Source: Phoronis australis | Lineage: Eukaryota; Animalia; Phoronida | Reading direction: 5' to 3' | Length of the DNA stretch: 64,000 nucleotides | NCBI GenBank assembly: GCA_002633005.1 | Contig: NMRA01000134.1 | Location: forward strand, 783,012-847,011 | Shown: positions 12,546 to 25,957 of the stretch, piece by piece | Numbering within the stretch: the stretch's first letter is position 1 | How the letters are laid out: each line of letters starts with the position of its first letter | Position numbers and translations under genes: made by a program | Notes under the pieces: model-generated | Seen by the model: only the letters and a program-made list of their open reading frames with translations | Database searches by the model: none | What the model was told of the DNA's origin: nothing

Positions 12546-14865
12546 GCCACCGTGGATCAAGAAACTCATAATTGTACCTGTGTGAACCGTGATGTGACAT
12601 TCGTTAACGCCTCTCTTTAAAATCGAAAAGAAGGCATGAGTTAAAGAGCCGGTTGAAAGGTTAATAATACTAATCACTAAATAGAGACCAGCATCTCATC
12701 AGTTAGATCTACATATTCCCAAATCATAATTCTAAATACACTGAATTTAAAATGTCTTGTTTTCACACTGGAAGACAGCACCAGTTTTTTTAATCAAAAT
12801 ATAAATGCCATAAGTCGATACTGTCAACTAAACCAGGCTTCACACTTTGTTATAAGAAGATACTGAAGTCCTGTTACTAATACTTTTAAAACATTACCTT
12901 TAGTATTTACATGGATATGCATCAGAACCATCAACGACATGGACCAGAGAATAAGTTGGTACAACCTTAGGGCAAGTTCTAATTAATTACAATGCGTTTT
13001 TATTACAATGATTGGTAATATTTCAAACTTTATTTCACATTTTACATTTTATCACTTACATAGGCTTATTGCTTTCTAATTAATAACTCTACTTAACGCA
13101 TAAAAAGAGTTTTCCTGGTAACCAACAGGTGTCAAATACAAAATGATTATCACTCTCATTCCCATGTACATTGCTTACCATCTTTGAAGGGAAGTGAGAG
13201 TTTTAGAGGGTTGTTTTATATCTTTAATCAGGTGTATTGAAAGGTTAAAATCCTAGAGTATATTCCTAACATAGGCCTCGTGCAAAAGGTCAATCAGTAC
13301 ATTTTGATTAGAAAACATTGAATCAGTAGCAAAAGACCAATATAGGTTAAATACTTCAAAAGTTTTAATCACTCTGAATTGATATCTTAGTCACAAAAAA
13401 CAATTTAACACTAGAAATTCAGAGGGTAAGTCCGTCACACACACTCAACTTACATCGAGCTGTTTGAAGAAAATTTCTTAGAAGATATCATCAAAAACTT
13501 TAGTGTTTTGTACTTTGCAAACATTGAACTAAATCATCATATAAAGCAAAAAATTATAACCAAATGCAACTCGCAGAGAATTAATTTTAATTTTTTTTCA
13601 AAATTTCAAATTCCCTGCGTACGTCCGTCACACCCATTTAAAGGCAGTTTTCTCAGTCAGATAAAAGGATAGGAGAAAAGTTGATACATGCTTTGGAAGC
13701 TATTACTGAGACCTATCAATTGATGTACTAATCATTTTCTTAGGATGCACAGTTTTTCACAATTGATCAAAATGCTCTCTGATTGTACGCCCGTCACAAA
13801 GGGAATTGGCCACATACAATTTTGATACCAGATGTGAATGTTTGCAGTGAAACGTCAATAGTATTTATTGAATATTTATTTAGTAAAAATAAAACTCTTA
13901 AATCCAGTAACACCACATCACTCAATAACAGCAAGTCTCATAAATTATCAATATTGTCGTACTGGCAACTGTGTACAACCTGATTGTATCTGTGATAGCG
14001 GTTAAAACATGGAAGCTAATGTCGATAGGTCTAACCTTCTGAAAGTAACGGATCGTTGACTCTTAAGAACCATCTTACACGTACGTGTACCTTGCTTATA
14101 TTTACCGCGTCATCATTTGTATATACACGTATAACACAAGAAATCATATAAGCCAATTCAAATTTTATTGAAACAAAAAAGAACGACTTTTAAAAGTCCA
14201 TCTTACACCTATCTTCTTTCAGTTACCGCCAGACTCAATATGTACTTTGAACTAAACAATACATAACACAACAAATCCAGTATACATTACAAAAGCTTGT
14301 CTATTCAATTTAAAAAGCAATTTCAACAGTTCAGCAGCCTGTTCGGTGCCTACATATGAGTTCCTGAGTCACATCAAAGGCCAACATACTGTCAAACTTG
14401 AAATCAACAGTGCAGTAATCTAAGAACCATGATTTTAGACAAGATTGCAAACGTATTACCAATGACGTAAAATTAGCCGTGTCTTGTTTTCCCAGAAACT
14501 GACAATCCAGAACGAACTTTTAAACCATAGAATTGCAAGGTAAAAAATAGTCGCCAATTTCGAGGTCCAACGACACCTCACTAACCAAATATAGGGTCTG
14601 TGCGCCCCGGAATACGTAATGGCTGATAAAGCCAAAATGAGTTAGTCGTGTCTACATCTGTATTGTATGCCGAGACAAGTGACGAGTCATTATTATTCCG
14701 TAGCAACCCCCTGTTGGAAGTATGATAGATATAAAACATCATGGGATTCATACAAGATCATTTTTAAATGATCAACTGTTTAAATAACCATTGCGCCTGT
14801 CGCTGTGCCTATGTTGTGGGTCATGAAACATCGTATTAGTCCCAAACACATCGTTAGAGTTACTA

Positions 14866-15095
14866 AATTTATCGATAGAGTTAGTAAGTCTATCGACAGA
14901 GATAGTAAGTCTATTGACAGAGTTAATAAGTCTATTGACAGAGTTAATAAGTCTATCGATAGAGATAGTAAGTCTATCGATAGAGTTACTAAGTCTATTG
15001 ATAGAGCTAGTAAGTCTGTCGATAGAGGTAGTAAGTCTATCGATAGAGATAGTAAGACTACTGACAGATTTAAGAAGTCTATCGATAGAATTAGC
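14866..15095. repeat. 21-bp minisatellite with palindromic core TCTATCGATAGA (~11 copies)
   Basis: Unit aagtctatcgatagagttagt repeated head to tail; this explains the four overlapping heptad-repeat ORFs in the ORF track. Confidence 0.9.
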
Positions 15096-15224
15096 AATGG
15101 AGAAAAAAGTTCCCCTTGCGGTCCTTTTGCAGCCACCGTATGTCAAAACTGAAACTCGTGTAGGATTCTCTATTTCATTGCTGTTCGTTTTTCAGTGGTT
15201 TATGGTATAATAAGGAATTAAGGA

Positions 15225-15360
15225 ATGGCGAAGCGTTGCGTTTGTGGTGGTTGTGACAACGTAGTTTTCGACCACGTCATGTCTCTTTTCACTTTTTCGG
15301 GGGACATCGGACAGTAGCGGATATGGCACAATTTTATACAAGAAACGCGTGTTGGTGGAC
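15225..15360 (+). pseudogene. THAP zinc-finger N-terminal fossil (DNA-transposon derived)
   Basis: MAKRCVCGGCDN...MSLFTFSGDIGQ*RIWHNFIQETR shows the THAP C-x4-C, F(P) and W pattern, with an in-frame stop. Confidence 0.6.
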
Positions 15361-15930
15361 ATGACACACTGGCGGTGGGTACGTTCATACGTCACACTTA
15401 TGTCCATGGAAGCTAAGAAACTTTCAATTTAATTCGCTTGTCTTCTAATTTCCGTTTTGTTTGGACATTGAATTCACGGTTGTGAGGCACATTTCTATAA
15501 AGGAAGGTTTAATGGTGCTGTCAAAACAAGGTAGATGGTAGGCTAGATCAGGATGGTTTTAAGCACTTTAAGGTCCGGACATTCCCGACATTGTTTCCAA
15601 CCTTTACCACTGGAAACACGGCGAGACAACAATTGCGTTTTCAATCTGATGGAGTGAATAAATTCCCTGTACCAGGAACAATTGTTTCGAAGTTACTTTT
15701 TATAGTCAGATGCAGCACCATGTTCGTGTCATTCTGTGGACTATTTGACGTACAGGTGTCACTTAGGGTTTTCACACTTCCGATTAACTCCACAGCACTT
15801 GACGGAAATGTAAATGGTTGCCTTGGTGATTCGGCAAGTGCCACATGATATCGATTCATTCATTTACTTAGAATTAATCAAGCTCGGTGGTTGTGCTTTA
15901 CAAATCAGGTAAGAATTTCCTACGATATTG

Positions 15931-15931
15931 A

Positions 15932-15966
<35 letters not shown>
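15931..15966. repeat. (TG)n(AG)n compound microsatellite
   Basis: Direct reading. Confidence 0.95.
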
Positions 15967-16437
15967 CGTTTTGGAAACACTTAATGCATTTTGAGATGAA
16001 AGAACAGTCGCATTCTGATGAATGACGTGCACGTACCGTCGTGTACGATTTTTAAACATGAATTAACGCTCCATTTTGTTTGCCTCTCCAGCATGTATTT
16101 CTATTTCCTCCTACTGTTAGACTTACTGGCGTAAACGTTTTGGATATTCCGCCTAGACGGAGTGCTGTGGAACATAAATTTAATGATTTCATATCCAGCT
16201 CTCAAAGGAAGTGGACCGTGGTAAATGAGCGTCCTGCTGGATTTCAAGAGAACATGAGAATTCCTCTAATTTGGGCCCCGTAGGGATACCATATGAATGC
16301 CTCAGGCCGGAATCGTATGTAAAATTAGAGCTTTGACACTATACGGAGTGCTGGCGGATTTTTGAAATAAAAAGTTAAACGCAAGCTTTTGCCGCTCGCA
16401 TGAACATTTCGTGGCACACTGCATATACTGTCCGACA

Positions 16438-17190
16438 NNNNNNNNNNNNNNNNNNNNNNNNNNNNNNNNNNNNNNNNNNNNNNNNNNNNNNNNNNNNNNN
16501 NNNNNNNNNNNNNNNNNNNNNNNNNNNNNNNNNNNNNNNNNNNNNNNNNNNNNNNNNNNNNNNNNNNNNNNNNNNNNNNNNNNNNNNNNNNNNNNNNNNN
16601 NNNNNNNNNNNNNNNNNNNNNNNNNNNNNNNNNNNNNNNNNNNNNNNNNNNNNNNNNNNNNNNNNNNNNNNNNNNNNNNNNNNNNNNNNNNNNNNNNNNN
16701 NNNNNNNNNNNNNNNNNNNNNNNNNNNNNNNNNNNNNNNNNNNNNNNNNNNNNNNNNNNNNNNNNNNNNNNNNNNNNNNNNNNNNNNNNNNNNNNNNNNN
16801 NNNNNNNNNNNNNNNNNNNNNNNNNNNNNNNNNNNNNNNNNNNNNNNNNNNNNNNNNNNNNNNNNNNNNNNNNNNNNNNNNNNNNNNNNNNNNNNNNNNN
16901 NNNNNNNNNNNNNNNNNNNNNNNNNNNNNNNNNNNNNNNNNNNNNNNNNNNNNNNNNNNNNNNNNNNNNNNNNNNNNNNNNNNNNNNNNNNNNNNNNNNN
17001 NNNNNNNNNNNNNNNNNNNNNNNNNNNNNNNNNNNNNNNNNNNNNNNNNNNNNNNNNNNNNNNNNNNNNNNNNNNNNNNNNNNNNNNNNNNNNNNNNNNN
17101 NNNNNNNNNNNNNNNNNNNNNNNNNNNNNNNNNNNNNNNNNNNNNNNNNNNNNNNNNNNNNNNNNNNNNNNNNNNNNNNNNNNNNNNNNN
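16438..17190. other. Assembly gap (N run)
   Basis: Run of N; ORFs spanning it are artefacts. Confidence 1.

Positions 17191-17276
<86 letters not shown>
17191..17276. repeat. (CA)n microsatellite
   Basis: Direct reading; abuts the gap. Confidence 0.97.
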
Positions 17277-17281
<5 letters not shown>

Positions 17282-19184
17282 CGGGCGGTGCTCGACCTAT
17301 CCACTTGAGTTCTATCCCGATGCCTAGCACTGATGTTCGGGTGGTTTTTTATCGGATCGGTAGCAGCGATTAGCGATTTTTGATGCAGACACTCGGCCTA
17401 CGCCACACATAATCCCGGACTGTCGGCTGATATAACGTTTTTCGCTGACGCAGTTCATCGGATCGGCACCGGAAGGTTCGAGTACCTTAGGCATAAAACA
17501 ATACGAAAACACCTGTGCAACCATGAATACATTTAGTTTGCCTAATGGATTCGATTTATTCTTTTTACTTCCAGACATACTTCCGTACATTATGCCGCTG
17601 TCCTATACTCACTGAACTCTGATTCTCAATGATGAACACACAGTTTGAATGTATCGCGGCAAGTCTTGCTGAATCATAACTTTTAGTTACTATTTGATCC
17701 TACCTTTTCATAGTCACAAGTTAAACTGAGAAACTAAAATGATTATGTTTGCAAATATCAGATAATGAAGTCACATGATCATAGCACAAGTTATCCACCC
17801 GCAACTCAACAATATACGTCAAACAAGTGTGGAAGAGTTAAAGACACCATTGTGCAAGTTTTCATTAAACTTTTACAGCACTGAATTAATTTTTTAAAAA
17901 ATAATTCAGAGGTGAACTTTTCACTTTGAATTTTCCTCAGTTGGATCCCTGGTTGTGTAGGCTTATTGGCGATATTTCCCGAATTGTTTGGTGGCTGTTT
18001 CGACACGCTTTAAAGATGTGAAAAAGCAACACTACTGTTGCCATTTTTGCCACGTCATTAAATAATTGTCACGCTACATGTACCATTGTATGATCCCCAA
18101 CGATTCACTTATGAAGATATTGTTTTTTCCAATACTTAACTTGACCTTTATTGGAAGTAGTATGACAAAAAAATTAAGTTATTTTCAAACTGCCTCCCAA
18201 ATTTGAGAAAATGCCTACGACTTCGCCGAAAATGCGAAGTTATTCGACGTACACGGTGGGGGAATTCGACGTGCAGATAATCGCAAAATGAATCGCGACC
18301 CGAGGCTAAAAGAATAGTTAAAACGAATAGCACAACCATAGACATCACATAGTATTATGACGTCTGTGAGTACAACCAAGTCAATGAAGCTGTGAACCCC
18401 AGCCAATCAAAGCGCTGAATAATGTAAACAGTACGATTGTCCTCCAGGCATATTTTGGTCACAAAGCAGAAAGATGGTATTTCGATGTGTTTGGGACACG
18501 TATAGTTCCCATCCAGATTCACGGAGAACGAACACAGTGTGCTAACGGGATATAGAAATGTGTGGTACTTGAGTATGTGTGCTCGGACATGTACGAAAGA
18601 CTAACCAATCCAGCATGGAATAAATTCATCTTCCTAGCACATGGCAAATATTTTTTTATTTTTTTCTGTAAGTGTAGCTGGTTTAAATTAATTTAACAAT
18701 CAGACGTCATGGAACATATGTGGGAGACAGCAAAGAATTCTAGCCCTGGAATGCCAACTCCTGCACGTTACCAACGTATTCTATTATAGAGCTTGTGACT
18801 TCTAGGCTAGCCGCCAGTGGTTGCACTGTGAATTTTCGGCTATCTGCTCGACTGAATTTTGGTTGAGTGTTGTAGTTATCAAACCAACCTTACTTTAATT
18901 GCTTCATTTTCATTTTGTTAATATTGTTCATCTGGCGAGACTCTTGAGGCACGGTTCCATACAATCAGCGATTTCTCGGTAAAATAAGTCAACAAACCTG
19001 ATAATTACATTGGTAATTCTCAAGTCTTAGAACCACTTTCGTCAACCTATCAAACTACATGTTACCAGTTTTTCAACAAGTCATTGTTGGGTGTTCAAGT
19101 CATGTTACTCTATTTTACAGAAAGAAGTAACTTTTGAATTCTGATTATTTGTTTTACACTTGTAAATGAAAAGTTTAGTGCAGA

Positions 19185-19229
19185 TGTGTTTACGCGACTT
19201 TCGAAAAACTAATCGTGTTTTGCGTAGCT

Positions 19230-19260
<31 letters not shown>

Positions 19261-20090
19261 NTGTGTGTCTGTGTGTGTGTGTCTGTGTCTGTGTCTGTGT
19301 CAATTATTAGTGTTTTCAATTGTTTCTATATTAATTATTTTGTGTAACATTTACCTTTTGCCGACATACTTTTAAATTTTTTCCCGTCATTCCACCAGAC
19401 CATCAACATGTCCAGCTTTTTGACACACGGTGACATATCATCATGTACTGCTGTAATTTCCCACACGACAAAGCACTATTTTCCCGATGGACTAAAAAGA
19501 AAGAACAAGACATTTTTTTAGAAACCCGTAATTCGTATTTGCCCATGCGACTTAGAAAAAACTCCTTTGAGCGCTTTTGGGCGTAACTCTCCTTTTCGAC
19601 AAAAACGCTGTCGGGACGTTTTTGTGTGTTGCGGCGAACATTAAGCTTCTGCGTTTTGGCATAGACCCAGACGCTCCGCTTTTTATCCAGAAGTCCCGCT
19701 TTTCAGTTCAGTTAAAATGTCACTGCATTTTAACAGAATAACTGTATCAAACAGCACTAAAGGTCCAATTAATACGTAAAGATGTATAATATTGGACGAA
19801 TGCCTGACTAAATTCTTCAGAAACTGTGAACCGGGATCCGTACTCTAAAATCTTTGTCTCGATAGGATAGAAATCTTTCGAGAATCATCGAAATTATTTC
19901 CCAGCTGGTTTAATGAATCTCTTATGTATCTCAGGACGGTTCTGTTCCTTCTTTGTTTTACTATTCCACTTTATTATTTTTCACATTTTGGTAACACTCT
20001 TGTTTTTTAGAATTAAAAAATTGTCAGGTATACGAAACGATGATTATTCATGAATTAAACTATTTATCGTTTGCTTCTGCTGTAAACACA
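19185..20090 (+). repeat. Dispersed repeat copy 1 containing a (TG)n microsatellite
   Basis: Shares gtgtttacg...(TG)n... and tggacgaatgcctgactaaattcttca...gataggatagaaatcttt...cattttggtaacactcttg...tttgcttctg with 25958-26995, same orientation. Confidence 0.7.
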
Positions 20091-22978
20091 CACCATCAAG
20101 ACGAGCTTTCTAACGATATGACTCTTATTCGGTTGAAAAACGGCGGAGATGCGAAAAGTTTTAGTGACAGTTAAATTCAAAGCCGGAACAAACGAATGCA
20201 AACAAATGACACTCACGCGCGGAGCAACCTCAGCAGCGCGAGATCTGAGCTGGCTAGAGTCCTATGGAGACGGCAAGTGTGATTTATGAAAACGTCTCCT
20301 CGTTTGGTACATCGGCAGAAAGTAGCAGACCATTCGCATATTTCATTTTTTCTGTGTGAATCCACCTGACAGAATTATGAAGCTCAGTTGCATCAGTTGA
20401 TTAGTTAATCTGTGAATGGGATTCAGAACTTGGAAGTGTGGAGACAGCTGTGTGTAATTTGTGTCTCCCATGCCGGGGTCCTTTGTGCGGCGCCATACCG
20501 GTAACAGTTTCAGCGGAAATACACATCGCCAGGAACACATCGAAAAACATCCTGATAACCTTCCGCAGACCAAATTTTTGCGAAAAAAAAAGATCACGCA
20601 AGACCTCACAAACTTGAAATCACGCTAATGAAAAGGACGTTTATATCGCGAGAATGCTGACTGAAGTGGTTGGTGGGCGAGTTTGGAGAATTATGGAATT
20701 GAATTCGTTTTGTAAGCGAGTAGGTTTGTTGTCACTAAACTTGTGGCATTTTCTGGCGAGTGCCTTCAAATATTAACCAGTACACGTCGAAATTCTGATT
20801 GCGTGAGAATATTTATCTGCAGAATTAATACCAGAAATATAACTGCTCGTAAATCAATCTCTTCAAGAGAACTTATTCACTCGAAGATTCGTGGTTTTAC
20901 TATTGCTTTTCACTCCGCCATTTTGCATTTTTGTGAACACGAGAACTAAAACATTCACTTGGCGCATTGGCTAGCTCTAATCATAATACGACGTCATTGG
21001 GTCAAAACAAAGACGGTGTCTGATCGAAACTTGAGAATGCAAAATGGCAGACGATTTGACACGTCTTTGTTAGAGGAACCTGGTAAAAGAGGCGAAATAT
21101 AACCGGGTAAGAAAATTTATGGTTCCTTAAACATCTTAAGGGAGTTTGATTTCCTTAATAGTAATATATTCAACCAGTATTTTTCCTATTCTTCAGATTT
21201 ATGCCCATTTGTGAAAAAAATTTTGATGGTCCTTCAGCTCTGTTTGATATGAAGATATTGTTTTCAGAATGAGAAATCTAGACGCAGCGTGTAACATTTC
21301 TGTGCAAAGACAGATCTGTCGACACGAAAGACCGTGTATAAAACAACTTAACTATGGTAATACACAAATGTATAATCATTGAAAGTGAAGTGAATCTGCA
21401 AAAGTGTTATAGTTTCCTTAGTTGTCTTTTGTTCTGAAGCAAAAACAGCATACTGTCAATCAGAGACCTATTGCCCGTAAGAAACGCCGGTGTATTTGTC
21501 TGTTTCAGTTTCAACAAACGTTTGGAATTGCCTAATGCAATAATTCACTTCCTATTGCTCCGGTGCCTACCAGCATTGCCACGTTTTTTACATAGAAATT
21601 TCTCATTATACAACAGATGCACGCCACTCCTTCTCAGTAGCAGAGGTTGCCATTTCACTCACTTAAAATAGTTATCTCCGCTTGAGCGCTCAAAAATTCG
21701 AAAAATAACTCATTATTCACATTGTGACAAACGAGTATTCCACCCAAGTTACAAAAATCGTGCTGCAAATACTCAAGTTTACCGTCGAAATCTCGAGATT
21801 GAAGTGACGCAAGGATTATGTAATGATTTAACTAAAGCAGTTGTGTTTGTACTGACTGATTCGCCGACAAAACATAATATTAGTTTACTCCAAGTTTTGC
21901 ATTGTACTTTACGGAAAATCAAATGACTCTTAGAATTATAAAATATTCAGTCTCGTGCAATAGAAGAACGTAATATTCCACTCCCAAAACTGACGTACGC
22001 TAATTTTTGTGACAAAGCTCTATTAAATGTGAGACATAATGAAATTCCACAGAAATGTTCACTCGTGAGAGAACACAAACGATGTGAGATATATTCATTA
22101 AACTTCATTATATTGTCTTTCACCGTGTTCCATTCTTAATCACGAAATAAATAGATTCAATTATTGGACTGTTATATCAACCACTGGTATATTAATTACT
22201 CTTGGGACCTATTAAGATTGACCATACTAAAATATAGATTTCAAATGTTTGTTCAAATTATTTTCACGCTCAAGGAAAATCATTTTTAAAGGTGAGTGGA
22301 CAACGCATTGCACGAACGAGTAAGCCACTTGCAGATAAACCGGGTATAATTCTTGACATTATGTTGACATGATTCTCGCGAATTAGCCACATTTTTGTAC
22401 CCCGTTTACATGATGCAGTTTGTCTTCATTGCGTTCACACAGCAACTTACGTCTGTCACACTATGCATCAGAATGAATAGGGTGTCAAATTTGCACTCGG
22501 CGATGTTTGTTAGAGAACCATGACCATCAAATTACCGTTATTCCCCATTGAAATGCTGGGATATGGTAAGGAACTACGATAGTTACAGTATTTCACTGAG
22601 GCAAACCTAAATTCACAATCTGCTGTGGTATTACTGGTCGCTGAGGAGATATCCTTTGTGCACTTCGGTTGGCCGTAGACGACATTCACCGCTGACAATA
22701 ACGACTCTAGAAACCTTCAAACACTTGAATCTCTGAATACTTAAACACCAGTTTAGTAAGTTTTTTGTCCTTACTTCGTTGATGTGATAAATTTGAGTAT
22801 TTGTCCGGGAACTAAACAACCTGAGATACAAAAGTAGATTTTTCAAAATCTACTAATTGTTTTCACAGGCGTTAAGTTGTTGCTATCATTCGTGAGTCGG
22901 AAGCAAATCGGCTAACGCGTGTGTGCGATGTCACGTGACCTGAATTAGGTGTTGAATCAAAAGTCGGAAGTGTGCCAC

Positions 22979-24380
22979 ATTTTTACGCTCCCACATAATT
23001 ATATGTGGGTGCATATTGCCATCATCTCTGTCTGGGTGTCCGGCGACCGCAGCTGTATTTCTTAAACCCCTCCCAGGACCTGATTAGATTTGGCAAATGT
23101 GTTTCCATGAAGCTGACGACAGTTCATGCGCGCACCCGGNCCCCCCCCCCATTTGGCGAAGTGGGCAAAAAGGTCCGCCTCTGAAAGACAAAAATCCGAG
23201 AAAATGAGGCATAACTCCATTAAACATGTGCAAACGCACAATTTACAGTGGTGCGCCGGTTTTTTTTTAGTCCGCCTACCTTTTTTGTTACCAAAGCGTC
23301 CACAAAATCAGGAATTCGAGCCCCCCATATTGAAGGCTGGGTGCGCGCATGCAGATGACGACTAATGTCAGACCTATCCGGCAACCGGTTTGCCCCCTAG
23401 TGGCAATTATAGTTTTTACGTTTACCTCTGTTTCTTCGGAGATCCTCAGCGGATTTTCCTGCAGTTTGGAAGATAAGTATCATGTGGCCAATTTTACTGT
23501 ATCCCAATCTGTTTCTTTGGCGTCAACCCCTCTATCATCCAAACCATTCTAAGGATGTTTGTAAAAATTGGCATATCTGTTCTTACTGTGAAGAGGACGA
23601 CTGACGATGACTTTGACTACTGTGGCGCCTCCTAGTGGCAGTTTTGTGTGTTTTTGCGCCCATGGGTGTATCTCCTGAAACGCACTGCAGGATCTTTACT
23701 AGATTTAGCAAGTGTATTTTTATTAAGTTTGCAACAGACGACGACGAATTTCGGACGGATTGGACTGCCGGTGTGTGCCCTAATGGCAATTTTAGGTTTT
23801 TACGTTTACCTCTGTTTCTTCAAAGGTCCTCAACGGAATTTCATGAAATTTGGCACATAGGCATCAATTTAGTGAGATGATGCTATCCTCCTATTTTTGG
23901 ATGGATTCAAGGTATTTTGCACCACCTTGTGGCCATTTTTAATGTTTTTGAATCTGCTTTTGGGCGTTTTCCTCTTTTTCTCTCAAATTCAATAATTAGC
24001 TTTCTATTAAAGAAACAGTGACATTTTCCCGTTTTCTGATGGGATCGACTTAATTTGCGCCATCTAGTGGCCATTTTTACTATTCTGTAGTCTGTTTTTG
24101 GCGTTCGCTCCTGTGTTAATCAAACCACTCTAAGGATGATGGTGAAAATTGGTATATATTATGTTCTTAGTGTGAAGAGGACGGTTGACGATAATTTTCC
24201 GACGACTTTGTAGCGCCTCCTAGTGGCAGCTTATTTTCGTCCACGGCTGTCTCTCAGTCCTAAACCCACTACAGCCAGAGGTTTTTTATATAATTTAGCA
24301 AGTATATGGTATGAAGTTGAAAACGGACAACGATGACGTTCAGACCGATCCGACGAATGCTGAGCACGCTAGAGGCAGTT
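22979..24380 (+). mobile_element. Helentron-associated (HINE/DINE-like) non-autonomous element with internal degenerate tandem repeats
   Basis: Starts with a T-run, then a hairpin cccacata-atta-tatgtggg (22990-23009), gcatattg and a tctgtc-like tract, followed by ~140-bp degenerate units (aaatttggca, gacgac and GCGCC.CCTAGTGGCA motifs). Confidence 0.55.
23125..23351. mobile_element. Small GC-rich MITE nested in the HINE-like element
   Basis: TIRs CATGCGCGCACCCGG and CTGGGTGCGCGCATG; TSD not resolvable. Confidence 0.7.
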
Positions 24381-24392
24381 TCTCTCCTTTCA

Positions 24393-25275
24393 CTGTGGAC
24401 TACAAAAATGAAGAAGAAACCCGGCGTATTTCAACGTGAACGTTCACACTTGAATCTGTAATGCTCACTTCTACCTGGAGGATTTTATCAACCCAGACGC
24501 AAAGAAACGAAGACTGAAAGCGAAGCAGTACCCTCGAGCTGTAAAACTGGACGAAGTCGAAGAAGTGCATAAAAAGGAAACTAAAATGACCTGTTTTAAG
24601 CTTGAACAATCGAGACAAGAAACGGAATAAGAGGAAACTGATTCATCATCTGAGTGAGAAGGTGGCTCACAGCCGGGAAACAGTCGTCTCTTATCGAGAA
24701 AAACGCGAACAGTATACAAGGACGACCTGTTAGTGGTGTTGCCATGTATTCACAGATTTCAAAAGTAAATGTAGAACTGACGGCAAAGAACTTTTAATCA
24801 CTTTACCGGATTCAACTCTCACGCTGTAGCTAGCAAATCGACCATTTATTGTGCCAGTGCCTTTGCAAAGTCCACATTCATTGACACTGAGAGGCTCTTC
24901 GGAGAAGGACCCTGTGAGCCCCCTGAACATGAAATGGATGAGGAGACTATGTGGCAAGTACAACTAGGCCATCAGCTCACAAACTGCTAGTTATGGATGA
25001 ATTTTAATGATTTTGATGAAGCTGAGAATGGAATTGTCAGACATTGACCTTTCTGTGGTGTGGTTTTAAACATTGTAAGACATGATTTTTTTGGAAAACT
25101 ATCCAAATAACATTATAATTATTGATGTCACCGAATTACGAATACAGGTTCCCAGTTCTTTGCAAAAACATAGCAAAAGCTAATTTAAAAGTACATATAA
25201 ATCATACACAACATTCACGAGTCTCGTAGTTATTGACCCTAATGGAGGTGTTATGTTAGTTGCTCACTTGTTCTT
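24393..25275 (+). pseudogene. ISL2EU/PIF-Harbinger transposase fossil (THAP + HTH + start of DDE)
   Basis: Frameshifted peptides in order: HT*ICNAHF..EDF...RRLK..AVPS (THAP end); HFTGFNS; RPSAHKLLVMDEF/LMILMKLRMELSDIDLS (HTH); YPNNIIIIDVTELRIQVPSSLQKHS...YKSYTTF.SLVVIDPNGGVMLV (DCTE-type DDE start). Confidence 0.8.
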
Positions 25276-25957
25276 GTAAAACAACTGCTCAGTTTACATG
25301 GTTATTGCAGCAAAAATACGACGAAGAAGTGGAAAACGCCATTGCAATACACGTGAGCCTCATTTTGATGAATTTGTAAATACCCAATTCAAATCACGTG
25401 ACACGCTAGCCGATGTTGTCTATCCTGCCAAGTAAATTTCTCTTCATCACCAACCCTCAAATGACTAAACCGATCAGCGCCATCTGGAGGCTTGGGAGCA
25501 GAGGCTGAATTCCAGCCCTGGAACGACAACTCTCGCACGTGACCAATGTACTCTACTCCCGAGACTAACTGCGAGAGTTTGGGCTGCGAATTTCCGGTTG
25601 CCTGCTCCACCGAGTTTTCATCGAGTGTTGTTGTTATCAAAACGAGCTTTGCTTTATTTTCATTTTGTCATTTTTGATCACCAAGTGAGCCTGCGGTTCC
25701 AGATTCACAGCGATTTCAACACAATTAGTCAACAGACCCGACAAATACATTTCCCATTCCTTATACGCCCTGGGTGGATGCCGGAAATATTTTGGCCTCC
25801 TCTGATATTTTTTCAGCTCCAGTCTCAGAACTGCTTCCGAACACCTATCAAAGTTCGTGCTCTGAGTTTCTCAATACGACACTTCTGGTTGTTAAAAACA
25901 TGGTACAGTATTTTACGGAAAGAATTGAAATATAAAGTTTAGGCCCTACTAAGAGTT

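Noticed and set aside
14772-15210. Four overlapping ORFs with heptad (leucine-zipper-like) repeats, or a CRISPR-like array
   Set aside because: Explained by a 21-bp stop-poor minisatellite. There are no unique spacers or cas genes, and the context is eukaryotic.
16302-17373. Long ORFs of about 300-340 aa
   Set aside because: Made of N-gap and (CA)n sequence.
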